A stretch of 62,915 nt of DNA, the filler included, from Collodictyon triciliatum (Eukaryota): NCBI GenBank assembly GCA_043381765.1. It is 4 parts of 4 records of this genome, joined end to end, with 100 filler letters (N's around TTAATTAATTAA, not from the genome) between each part and the next. Parts side by side here need not be neighbours in the genome. Positions count along the whole stretch, not along the records: positions 1 to 23,957 come from JBHJMP010001217.1; positions 24,058 to 44,834 come from JBHJMP010001219.1; 2 more parts are not named here. One strand, written 5' to 3'. The notes below the pieces were generated by a model. That model worked only from the letters and a program-made list of their open reading frames with translations, was not told where the DNA came from and did no database searches. Position 1 is the stretch's first letter; each line of letters starts with the position of its first letter. The translations under genes were made by a program, and so were the position numbers. Below, piece after piece: positions 11,201 to 24,248 of the stretch.

Positions 11201-14200
11201 GAATAAAGGGAAAAAAATATTCATGCATTATCATTAAGATTATCTTAATGTGAACCTTAATCAATCTATTCTCTATTTACTAAAATAGGCGTTCGGCCAT
11301 TTCAATTACACCCTATATCTAATTGGCGGTGAAGCAAATAACGGTGCGGCTAGTGTGTCGTATACATTCTCGCTATGTAAGTAATAACCCCCGTTAAGTG
11401 TTGTAGCAACAGCAACGAAAGAAAACCAACAGCATGCAAATAACAAAACATAAATTATAATTATAATCATGGATAAATTGAATGTTATGATTCAAATATT
11501 ATTTACATAGGTATCTTATTTATTAATGTAAGACTCAACTCCAAATGATTAACTAAAATTCATTTATCACCATCGTTGTTTCATAAACCCAAAGCAACGA
11601 AGACCTGGTCGATACTGACCTTGCCTAATGAGATAAGTTTTGCCGCTCAGTACATGAGAGCTGCCAGTCTTTTCAGTGGAGAACTGTTTTACTTCTGGGG
11701 AGGAGTACTGAGCCCTACAGCAACGATTACGCCCACAAATACATATCTTGCTATTTGGAATATTACCTCAGACAACGTGGTGATTTACAATGACACCGAG
11801 GCGCTTAGCCCTCGTGTTGACTCTACTTTATTTTTGAGAGGAAGAAATTTGCATGTCTTTGGAGGAGTTGGGATCGACGATGAATATCCATACAATGACA
11901 TACACATTTTCAACAGAAGTGATGATTTCTTTATATAGTTTCAGTCTCATGCCTTTATCCAAATCTTTCATCAAAGTGTTTCCCTTAATTCAACATCTAA
12001 AATGCAAATAAAGAGAATAATCTACGTATAATATATGCATGATTAACTCGTATAAATTTGGAAAGATCGATTGATGGCCAAATCACTAATTCTTTGAACA
12101 TACCAACATTCAGATACGAAGGCATGGGCATCTCTCAGTGACGGTGATAGTTCGTTAGCCCCCTCTGGAGCCTCTTTCTCGTTCGCTGGCTTGGGAATCT
12201 ACCTTGGAGGAACCGATTATTACCAAAATCCCTACGGTGATATGTCCTTGTTTGATTTCGGTGAGGCAATTAATATCATCTTTCAATCTATTTTCTTTTC
12301 TCTCTTTTTGATATTTACTTGTCTATATGATTGTTCCTTTTCTTTTCGGTGTGACGAATGATTAATACCAAAAGAAGAAAAAGAAAGGGGGCTCATTCGA
12401 TACTTTTACCATTATAAAACTCTGCTGATAGAAACGGGTCGCTGGAACATTCAGTCTCCACCTGCTTCGCGCCCTCCCCCACTCAATAACCAAAGGACAC
12501 TTCGAATGGGAAATTACTTGGTGATGGTTGGAGCGGCCTATTCTGGTTTCAACGAAAATAGAGTTCTGTATTATGATTTTTGTGAGTTATTTATCATAAT
12601 ACAAAAAAAAAAATAGACTGACTTACTAATATAGTTATAATGTAACACGATTTCTTTCTAAAAATTTAATTTATAGCAAAGGCATTTTGCATGCAAGGTC
12701 AAGCTCTACAGACAAGAGGGCAGTCTGGGCTTCTTAATGACGGAAGTCATTCATCTGGTTACTTTCCATTCTCAAAGTGTTCATGGTCAGTTACGGGCGC
12801 GAATAACATAGTGGTATGCTGCATAATATATTCATCTTCTTTAATCGTTAGCTTTTACTGATGACAGCACAATTCATCCAATTTCTTAAACCATATGGAA
12901 TTCCTACTTATCCATGAAATATTTAGGTAAAATCAGTGTCCCTTGATCCATATGCTACAGTGACTATTACGACACAGAATTCGTGTGGAGATAATCAAAT
13001 ATACAGAGAGAATGAAGCTTCGTCTTCTTCTGTAAGAATAGTGGAAATTAATTTGTCACACAGTATTGAATCATTTTTTCCCTTCTTTATTTTCTACTAT
13101 ATTCCTTTTGTGCACGCAGATTGTTCTTTCGCAGCTTAACAATGGTGTCTGGTATCGCATTCCTGGTGGAGATTGGAAGATATCATTTACGACATCCGGA
13201 AACCTTGTGACATCAGCTGGATTTGATATTATGTATCTCAGTAAGATTTAAGCTAGAGTAGCCTTATTAAAATCGAAAAAAGTCTTTCAAAGTATGACCA
13301 TATTATCATACCTGCTCATAACCTTACGAAGAGAAAGATAACTCCTTCTATTACGCAAGGCTGTCCGACTGGGTTCCTTGTTGTGGATGGCAAATGCCAA
13401 TGTCCGAAAAATAACTACATTACACTCAGCGGGGAATGTTATCCATGTCCTGGTGGGACTACTCAACCGAATGCAAACATGGTGATACATTAGTTATGAG
13501 ATGTGCCATCTTCCATCACTTCTGCTAATTTTTATTTCACGGGACTAATAATACTTTAATTTTACATAAAAGAATTACTGTATCGCACCTGACAGTCAGG
13601 AATCAACCTTCGAAGGTATCAAACAGACCATCGTTTATGAAAATGGCTATATAAAAGACTACAGCAGTAGCTTGTTACGATAATCCTAATTTTTATGTAT
13701 CCTTTGGAAATGTCTTTGATTAGTCTTTATTTTTAGTTAAGCGCGACGCCGCAGTCGTGGAGAATCTCTCCAGCCCTCTTCCATCCTGTCAGCAATCGCG
13801 ATTGATTGAATACAACAGCACCATATATCTTTTCTGTGTGTTCCCAGATCAAGAACCGACTACTCGTAATAGTCCAGTTTTAATTTATCGAGTTATTGTC
13901 AGTGGTAAGTCCTTTGTCTTTGAAGCTGAGTCATACATCATATTTGGTCATGAAACTTCCTATCATGTGTGTTTTAAACTAAGAATAAATGGATAGTATC
14001 TTTGATTATCATCAAATTACACCAGAGGTTAAAAAAAATCCTGCTTTCCGTCATTACCAGATAAAATATCTTGGACACTCCTCACTACCGAAGGTGATAT
14101 CCCCTATGGGCGCATTGGAGCTTGCATCATAGAGCACCAGAGCTCAGTTTACTATGTTGGAGGGTATGGGGTGGATGGAGACAAGCGAGGATTTGCTTAT

Positions 14201-17200
14201 TCCTTTTTAGATAGGACATGGACGACACTAGGGAACAGTCCTATCAATTACGGTGGCCATTCATGTGCCGCATCCGACGGAAAGCTTTTCCTTCATGGAG
14301 GTGAATCGGTACGTATTTTGGTCTCTACATAAAGCGGTATGCATACATACTTCACGGAATTATATTAAATTACCGATAATCCATGATTTTTTTTACTAAC
14401 ATCGTACATACTTTGTTAAAAATCAAGCTTGATGGGGAAACTTTATCTGATATTCACATATATGATATTGGTAAAGAAAACTTTATAGGATATTTGAAAT
14501 GATATAACAATTTGTGTGTAAAAGATACTATCCATATCTCTCTCCTTACATCTCCTTAACCTGAAAGGAATATATATCCTAAATATCATGATATTTTCTT
14601 ACCAAAAAAAATTATTTTTTTTAAAAAAAAGGAAAAAACGCGTGGACAACATCAACGCAGAACTCTTGGTCGGATAGTCCGTTTCTAACAAATCACATAT
14701 CATGGGTGTCGGGCAACAAACTTTACTTATTTGGAGGATTCAACGGCGTTCAAGAAAGCTCAGAGATTCATTATGCCACCATTGGTTAGTTCAAATATTC
14801 TTCACTAGGATATTATAAACTTAACATACATTATTTTCTTGATATTGACGAAATTTTGATGCGTGCATATATTTTTTTCTTTTCCTAGGAGCCACAACGA
14901 TGTTTGAGTCGAAAGATATCCCTCTTGATAGTTGCCTTCCTTGCGTCGTGAACCCAACCATACCGTGCAACATTCTTCGCCAAAACATGGGATATTACCA
15001 GACGGCCACCATGATTTATATTTATGGAGGATTATCATCACATCTTACCCTTCGAGACGTCATTGGCATTGACCTAGGTATTCAAACTATATGAATTATC
15101 AATATTTAACATATACTTGGTAAATATTCACTATTTTTCTCCATATCGATCGTCAAAAAAAAAAAAAAGCATCCATGACTGTCGAAGTTCAATCTGTTTT
15201 CGAGTCGGCACCACTTCCTATAAAGGCCCCACCAGCACTCTATGGTTCCTCCATAATAATCTCTTCAGAGAAGCTTATTCTTTATGGAGGTGTTGGAGTG
15301 GAAGACGGAGACCCGGGCCACAACATTTACGTATACGACCTAGGTAATATAAACCATATATTATCGGTTGAATGTGTGGGATGGGGTCAATGCATTTGAG
15401 TTAGTTTAGTTAATCTTGGAGCTAGCTTTGCCTAAGCATACATAGATTCCTGACTACTACCCACTGTTGGAGTGTAGGAATGGAATCATGGATATCATCG
15501 ACCGTTACCCAAGAGCCCTTGCCAAGGGAGGACTTTTCCATGGCTAAAATCAGCGACGAGACGTTTGCAATATTTGGTGGTAACGTGATTGTCGGGACAC
15601 AATATTACTCTAATGACGTCTGGGTATACTTTGGAGGTTTTTCTTCTTCTTTTTTTTTTTTTTTTGTTGCCTATATTATCATTCCTTTACCAAAAACAGA
15701 AAAGATTAAAAAAATAGTTACGTAACATCTTTGTGCTCGAATTGGTGGGAATTTCAACCTGATAGGTTTTCGTCAGTTGGTTAAATTGACTACTTTCTCA
15801 AACAGAATATCAGAAATGGGTTCAAGTCTCTTCATATAGCAGCAATACATTAGTTATATCACCACGTAGCAAAAGTTCCCTTTCATACCATGAGGGCTTC
15901 CTGTATGCCTTTGGAGGTATCACTATAAACCCCACTACAGGAGAGAAACTATGGAAGCTGAATATCTCTGATGTAACCAAGGACTTTGAAGGTGAGGAAT
16001 ATACTTATACTGTAACTGTCGTCAGTTATATATGTAGATTATTTTTAATGATATCTTGCACACAAATGTACCAACAGTATACGTGAACGAGTCTGTAACC
16101 CCCCCCCCCCCTCTAGGTGAGAAGAAATGGGAGGCTGTTGCTGTTAAGAAGTTTACAGACTCTTCCCTTCATCATGTTTTTGAGAGAGTTTCTCCTTCCT
16201 CGGTTCTGATTGACGACGAGATTTGGATTTGGGGTGGCCAGGTAAGAGATGAATTATTTCGTTAAAGCCTATTCGATTACAAAATTGAATATTTTCTTCA
16301 CTTTGGACGACCGAGTCCTTTCAAAAGATAGATATAACAATAACATGCGGTATAATTTTAACTTCGAAGGTCCTTGCGGACACCGGAACTGTAGAGGATT
16401 ATCGCTCTGTATTCACACTAAATTTAAGGAACTATGAGCTCAGACCAATAATATCGACATCCGGTCCTGTAAGTTGTTGTTTGTGGCTGTTCCTTGACTG
16501 CTTAAATACGTAATTTTAACCTTTGAATGGATAGATTCCTCGAGCACACCATTCCACGTTCGTCTGCCCTGAGGGATTCTGTATTCTCGGAGGAAACGAC
16601 TTCAGAAATCGTATCATGTCGGATATATGGTCCTTTTCCACAGGTCATATTCATAATTAGTCATTATAACTTTGTATTTACTAAAATATAAAAAAAAACC
16701 AAAATATTACAAAAATGAATAATTTCATTTTGTGGATTGAATTTCTTTAATTCGCATTTTCTTTCCTTCATGAATTTATATTATAGATAGCAAGAGTTGG
16801 ACGCGTCTGGATGGAGCAGGAGCACCCTTGTATTTAACAAAAGCCTTCGTTTCATCATTCGGTAGTCATATTATAGCAGTGGGCGGAATGAACCAGGCAT
16901 CTGAAAGATTAAGCTCTGTCAATGTTTTTCAACTCGGTAAGTCCATAGTAAATGTCGCATCTTCCGACCTATATAGAAAGTATTATCATTTTTATCTGAT
17001 ATAACCAAAGCCAACATCTTCACCATCCTGCACAAAATTGAAAGGAAGAATAAAAAAAAATCATTTTTATCTGATATCAACCTTCATTCGCTTTAGTAGA
17101 TATACATATTCAAAATTAAACCAGGAGCAACAAAGGGAACTAAATTTTCAACTACTCTTAGCTTCACTCCAACAGAATTATTACTGATTGGCTTTTTTTT

Positions 17201-18514
17201 TTTTCATTCCATGTCTAAAAATTACAGAAACTCAGAATTGGAGGACTCTAGAATATACTAACACTGAAAAGCCGATGATACCTCTGAGTGGCCTTTCTGG
17301 TGTAAAAGTTGCCGATGGAATCACGTTCTATGGAGGCTCATCGATTAGATCTCTTTCCAACACCGTCTTCTCATATAAACCAAGTACACCTTTCGTTATT
17401 ATTGTTTGTTTTTGTTTTTGTTTTTGTTTTTATTTTTATTTTTATTTTTATTTTTATTTTTATTTTTATTTTTATTTTTATTTTTATTTTTATTTTTATT
17501 TTTATTTTTATTTTTATTACTTCGTCTACAATCGAAATTATTGACACTGTACTTTATCATGGAATAATGTGCTCTACTGGACTGTATCCGTAATGTACTT
17601 AATCTTTTCCAAAAAAAAATAATAAATCATAATACAATGACTGATACAAATTCAATCAAAGGTTTATGTGATCCGACTATGATGCAAAGTTTCCTTAGTG
17701 GCCGCTATGTCCAACTTTTTAAGGACCCAAGTGGACCAATTAACATACCTAGGGGAACCAAATGTGCGTGGTACTTTTCAAATGCCACAGACATTATCGT
17801 CAGAAAGAACTTGGAGCCGACAGACAGGTTTTGATTATCTTGATGGCCTCCTTTTTTTTCTTTTTATTCTCGTCTGTTACACACTCTATCTGTAGCTTGA
17901 AGGCTTAGAATTCCAAAATGATGAAGTTCCTATATTTTCATCATTTGATTTGCCTACTGCAAATTTAAAAAAAGAAAGGACATAATGACCATGCTTCATT
18001 GAAACTAGTTTGACGTTTTACGATGGGATGGGAAATGAAGGAGCGCCTCTGACCCCGATACAGCTCGCAAACGCTATGAAAGTCACGTCTTCCGATGGTG
18101 TTGGTATAACGGTGGTTCTTGACGTTCCCGGGCGTTTCGAAGAACCGCCAAGTGGACAAGGATTCTCCATTTCATATATTCGTAAGATTCATAATGGGAA
18201 AAAAAAATATGCAAATTTGTAAGAATCTGTCCATATATGTATATATTAAATCGCAAAGTTCGTTATGCCAGTAGTAATGTTTCTTATTTATCAAATACTT
18301 TGATTCATTTATTCAATAATCAGGGTGTCCAAAAGGAGCAACTTTTTCTGAAACAGAAGACTGCATTTGCCCCCCAAAATACTACGAGGATGTAGACGTA
18401 AACGAATGCTTATCATGTGCTGGAATCGATGGACTGGTACTTGCTATTCTATATTGTATAATTAATGTCGTCACCGATATATACTACAGTAATTTTTACC
18501 AATAGACATAAAAC

Positions 18515-18567
<53 letters not shown>

Positions 18568-21500
18568 ACACACATTTTTCTTTTTTATCTGTATCAAAAA
18601 ACTCATATTTAATTCATCACAATAAAGCATGGGTGCCCTAGTTTGCCTCAAGGTGTGTAGAAAAGGAGATGAGAAATATTTGATTTTAGCTTGATCCATT
18701 TTTTTTTTAAAAGAAACATTTGTGTTCAATTCATTTGAATTTATAGACTCTGATATAACAACCATTGCGGTCGCGGTTGGATGTGGTGTTGGGGGATTCT
18801 TAATGATTGTGATTGGTATATCGTACAAGCGGTATAGAGACCATCTAAAAGAACTGTCTGAGAAAGAGAATGCCCTGTTCATGCACGTGAGATACGATGA
18901 ACTTGATTTCGGAAAGCTGCTAGGTGTCGGTAGTTTTGGAGAGGTTTATAATTTTGTAGACCATACTTGGATTACACGTGGTTTTTTTATTTTTATTATG
19001 AAAAATTTAGACATTATGGAAAAAAAAACAACGTAATTTTATTCAAAAGAAGATTTTGATACTAATGCTATTTTTCAAAATAGGTATATATCGGAAAATG
19101 GAGAGAAACAGACGTTGCAATCAAGCGACTGAACGCCAAGGTGGTCACAAAGGAAGTCATCAAGGCATTTGAAGATGAAGTATCAGTCATGGTGTACGGT
19201 TAATCATGTTTTTCAGTGGAAAATATGTGATTTTTTTTTATAACTGTCAGGGTAGAGGAAAATGAGTATTTAAAATTCTTCATAAAATTACAGCCAGCTC
19301 AGACATCCCAATGTTGTACTTTACATGGCCGCTTGTGTTGAGCCAGGAAAGCTTTGCATCATTTCGGAGCTGATGTCTCGAGGCAGTTTGCATGGTGTAA
19401 GTTTCTATTCGTCATATATCAGGGTATTTAATTAATAATTTGACTTTAATTAGGAAAAAAAAAGTATATTAACTAAATTCCATTAAGATTTTACACAACG
19501 AATCGCTCGAGTTAGAGTATAATACAAGATTAAGATTCCTTTTAGATGCGGCTAAGGGTATGCTTTCTCTGTTTAACTAAACCTTTCAAAAGGATATATA
19601 TCTACTCCATGAAAATTAAAAAAACATCTTTGTAATTGTCCTTTTTTTCCCCTTTTCGGTTGTACATAGGCCTACAATATCTACATATGTCCAGTCCTCC
19701 AATCCTTCATCGAGATTTAAAGAGCCCTAATCTGCTGGTTAGACCAATATAATTTTAATATTGACCACCAATGTATTCATCTAGTCAGATAGGGGTTACC
19801 CTTCATTAAATTATGCGTGTTGTAATGAATTGATGAATCGATAGCATGTTGTGAAGAATCTAACTAACAAAATCACACTCTTACACATACCCAGTTGGAC
19901 GAAAAATGGAATTGCAAAATTAGGTATAATGCTTGAATTGTTCTTTTTCTTTTTCTTTTCTTTTTCTTTTTCTTTTTCTTTTTCTTTTTCTTTTTCTTTT
20001 TCTTTTTCTTTTTCTTTTCTTTTCTTTTTCTATGTATATACATATATATATATAAACACATAGTATTATCCGAATTGTTCGGCATAATTCTACAAGTATC
20101 CTGGGAAATTATATGAATAGAAAAACAAATCAAATAGTGACTTCGGACTGACGGGTGTTCGTGGAAAGACCTCTGCTACAAATGAACCGCCAGGAACTCT
20201 TTTATGGATGGCACCAGAGGTTGTTGATGGGAAAGAATATACGGAAAAGTCTGATATTTTCAGCTTCGCTGTTATCATGTGGGAAGTATTTTCAAGAGCT
20301 GAGCCCTATGAGGTATATACACTTCCCTTATAAAACAATTAACCAGATAAAGTCTAGTGAAAATATTAAATGATAGATAAGAGCAATATGCATCAAAGCA
20401 AAATTAAAATGAACATTAAATGAAAGGGTGAGATTGCCGAGTCCGTTGCCCTCAGAGTACTAAACGAAGGACTGCGACCTCGTGAGCTCCCATCGGACCA
20501 GATGCCCTCAGAGATACAGTACCTGATGAACGAAGCCTGGACACAAGACCCTGCCACACGGCCAACGTTCTCCAACATAGTCAAACAGCTTTCCACGTTT
20601 ATCGAAGAAAAGGCGTCGGCGAACTCCTTCTCGATGTCAATGACCACTGCATCCAAGAACGATGGTAAGGAGCAGGCGCCCACGGGTAAGGTTGTACTCG
20701 TGTTCACAGGTGTTGAGGAGGCAACGGCCATTTGGGAACAGCATGCAGACGCCATGAATACTGCCTTGGTCACACACAACGACCTTATGCGAGGCCTCCT
20801 CAAGCGAAATCATGTATGTATCCTCGTTTGATCTGCTAGATATTTGTAATATCTGACGGTACGTGATTCTGAAAAATAAGGACGACGACAACGATGGATT
20901 AATTCACTCTTTATTACATTATGCATCAGGGATACGAAGTGAAGACTGAAGGAGATTCATTCATGATTGCGTTTCCCTCCACTGCAAATGCAATTATGTT
21001 CTGTCACCAAGCACAGGAGATGCTTTTGGCTGCCGACTGGCCTCCAGAGATTCTTACACATCCTTCGGCTTCTGTGGTGATGCTAGAAGGCAGAGAAATA
21101 TTCAACGGCCTTCGTGTCCACATGGTTCGTTCATTTGGTCAATCCTCACCCGCCGTAATATCGTTCAATATGCATTTTTGTGAAGCCTATAGTATCAATT
21201 GTTAAACTGAGACACAATATTCCCATTGAATCTAAAGGGTATACATGTTGGCGAGCCTCTGTGTAAGGAAGACCCTGTCAGCGGGCGCATGGATTACTTC
21301 GGCCCCGTGGTGAATCGGTCAGCTCGTGTTGCTAGTGTTCCAGTTGGTGGTCAGGTGGCGCTTAGTTCCGCTGCGTATGAGGTTTGTGTTCCTTTGTTCT
21401 TTTGCAAACATATCATTTTTTTTTATTATTTTTATTATTATAATAATAAAGGACATGTTGACTTTTGGAAAGGAAGAAGAAAAAAGAAAAGAAAACGAAT

Positions 21501-23414
21501 ATATGTAAACCAGATGTTTGTTATTGTAGGACATTTCATCAGAACTAGCAGCCATAGGAAACCCCATTATTCGAGACCTTGGGGACTTCGAATTGAAAGG
21601 GCTGGCTTCCGCTGAAAGAATTTATGAGGTTCAATATATCCTACGAAGCAACTACATGCTATGCTATTACCCTTCATCACTTTTATCGTATTCTCAATTA
21701 TTTTCGTTTTTGTGCAAGGAGAAAGAAGCTCCTTTAAATCTTTCTACATGGATTCACAATTTAATCATGTGTGTTTACAAGTACAGATCCTTCCACAATC
21801 TCTATCTGGTCGTGCTTCATACTTTAGTAACGGAGTCTCTGATTCTGTTGGTGGGCTCAACGTTCCCAAAGGCGGCGAAGGAAAGTCTGAATCCAAGGTA
21901 TAATGATCTTTGTCTCTTATTTTAAAAAAACCAGAATAATTCATTTCTAACCTTAGACATTTTTGATACGCAGGGATTCTCATGGCAAATATCTGTTGAA
22001 AACATTGACGTCACAACAACCGAATTGGGTGCAGGGTCCTTCGGTACAGTTTTCCTGGGTACTTATCAAGGAAAAGAAGTTGCCGTGAAAAAGTTTATGA
22101 AGCAGAAGATGGCCGAGAAGCAGTATTTTGGTCTGCTGTCTGAAATCATGCTCATAAGGTACGGTTAGCATTAATGGGCATTCTTATTGGTATCGTCGTT
22201 CCTCTCCTTCTCTATGTGTATTTATATACACGCACCGCGAATACCGCATCCAACACAAAGAAAGGAAAGTAAATGCAAGGATTAATTCGCCAAAAAAAAA
22301 TAATCGTTTAGAGAACTAGACCACCCTTACATTCTGAAGTTTGTTGGTGCATCAGTCAAGCAACCTAATATATTCTTTGTGATGGAATATGCACGCTATG
22401 GGAGCATAAGAACGCTGCTGGCAAATCCCCAGGTTTCACAATCTACCTTTCCTCTAATCTCTGGCAATATGTGCATTTCTGTGAACAGTAACCCATTAAT
22501 AAAGAAAAATCATTTCTAGACAAATATTTCGGACGAAATGAAGCGTAATATGCTGTGGCAAGTTGCAGAGGCCATGAAATACTTGCACATGCGCAAGCCG
22601 CCAGTCATTCATCGCGATTTGAAGAGCCCCAACGTACTCGTGAGTACTATACTTCCATACGAAAAAACTATTAGTTTTTTCTACTTTATTTATTTTCTAT
22701 GTCAATTTAAGCGCAGACAGCTTTCTCTTATTTTACTGCGTGCTAAATAGAGGAAGAGAGAGAGGGAAAAACTTTTATTTATTTATCTATGTATCTTCAA
22801 GGGCAAAGATACAGCAATGTGCCTGTATATAGTCACATAATAGTGCATTTTACTCATCAAGAAGTACCATATCCATAGGTGATTTCAATGGACCCAATAA
22901 TTGTCAAGATTTGTGACTTTGGTCTCGCTCGTGTAAAGTCTGATAACCAAACTATGACGAAATGTGGTACTCGGGCCTGGCTCGCCCCAGAGGTAATCTT
23001 TAGAACTATTTTGATAAGCACAAACACGCGCTCACAACATGTGTGTGTCTCCCATCTGTGCCTTGCATCTGCACGTGTACAGGCTCTGTGTGGGTTGCGT
23101 GGTTTTCTGACGCAAACATCTGCTTATGCTTTGCTGGTGAACAACAGGTTCTCAAGGGTCTAAAGTACAGCGAGAAAGCAGATCTGTACAGCTACGCCAT
23201 CATGATATGGGAGATCCTCACACGTGACCGCCCGTACGAAGGCATGGACCCATTGAAGCTCAGCATGGAGGTCGTGAATGGACTCCGTCCCACAGTCCCA
23301 AAGACCGGGGACAAGGTCCTCGTCAGCATCATGAAGCGTTGCTGGGTCTCTGACGACACGAAGCGCCCGTCGTTCGCCGAGGTTGCTGATGAGATTCAGC
23401 AAGCTGGCTTTTAA
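8240..23414 (+). CDS. Giant multi-exon receptor kinase: signal peptide - [Kelch repeats, CUB, Cys-rich] x2 - TM - TKL Ser/Thr kinase - class III nucleotide cyclase - TKL Ser/Thr kinase
   Basis: N-terminal hydrophobic signal FFLALACALAFAFAA. Many Kelch motifs (YFMFGGFNNGYSNDLYILNVKTWTW, FAMYGG...NDLWRFD, LHVFGG...NDIHIFN). CUB-like segments DGSHSSGYFPFSKCSW and DPSGPINIPRGTKCAW. Cys-rich CPTGF...CQCPKNNY...CYPC. TM IAVAVGCGVGGFLMIVIGISY (~18760-18825). Kinase 1 has GVGSFGEV/VAIK/HRDLKSPN/DFG/APE; cyclase has GYEVKTEGDSFMIAF and MDYFGPVVNRSARV; kinase 2 has GAGSFGTV/VAVK/HRDLKSPN/DFG/APE. Stop at 23414. Confidence 0.92.
17406..17516. repeat. (TTTTTG)/(TTTTTA)n hexamer microsatellite, intronic
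   Basis: Direct observation. Confidence 0.9.
19944..20030. repeat. (TTTTTC)n microsatellite, intronic
   Basis: Direct observation. Confidence 0.9.
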
Positions 23415-23957
23415 GCATGGAACCCAGCCTTAAAGGCGATGATGAGACACCTGGTTATGATGCACCAGCGTAAGGTCTCCGTTTGAAGTCTGCTCAGCCT
23501 CTTCTCTTCTCTTTTCTGATTTCATCACTGGCGTTGGTGTTTCTTCTGCACCTGTCAATGAACGAACGCCTATTCACAAAACCGAAAGGCACCCCAAAGA
23601 GAGGCCCACCAATAAAAAAAAAAAAAAAAAAAAGGGCGTGGTAATCAATTCCGTTCAATGGCTCTTCGGGTGACCTCAGGTGCCTGTCTTAGCAGCCTTT
23701 TCGAAGGAGAGCAGACCAGGAGGTGGTGGCTGTGATGGCTGCCTCACAAGACCTGGTAAATATGGAGGAAAAAATAAATAACTTTTTCTCGTAGAGTGGC
23801 CACCACCACCCTCAAAATTACGTATAGATATTTTCCTTAAATACAAAGACTGTTTTCCTTTTTATTTGATGGAGGAGTAAAAAAAAAAAAAAAAGCAAAA
23901 ATCATCACGCACAATCGGAGCAAAAACAAAAAAAGCAAACCTCCATTTAAAATATTT

Positions 23958-24057
23958 NNNNNNNNNNNNNNNNNNNNNNNNNNNNNNNNNNNNNNNNNNN
24001 NTTAATTAATTAANNNNNNNNNNNNNNNNNNNNNNNNNNNNNNNNNNNNNNNNNNNN
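23958..24057. other. Artificial contig-joining linker (N44-TTAATTAATTAA-N44)
   Basis: An identical 100-bp construct with a six-frame-stop 12-mer occurs three times in the window. Confidence 0.95.
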
Positions 24058-24248
24058 AAAAAGAAAAAAAGAAAAAGAAAAAGAAAAAGAAAAAGAAAAA
24101 GAAAAAGAAAAAGAAAAAGAAAAAGAAAAAGAAAAAGAAAAAGAAAAAGAAAAAGAAGGGAAAAATGGAGCAATCAAATAAAGCAAATTGTTTGGCTTAA
24201 AATCGGATAGACATACGTTTTTATTCATCACTAAAAGCATGCAAATAC

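Noticed and set aside
23744-23760. Candidate final exon (VL*) of the RING gene
   Set aside because: It lies across an artificial linker, so the linkage cannot be supported.
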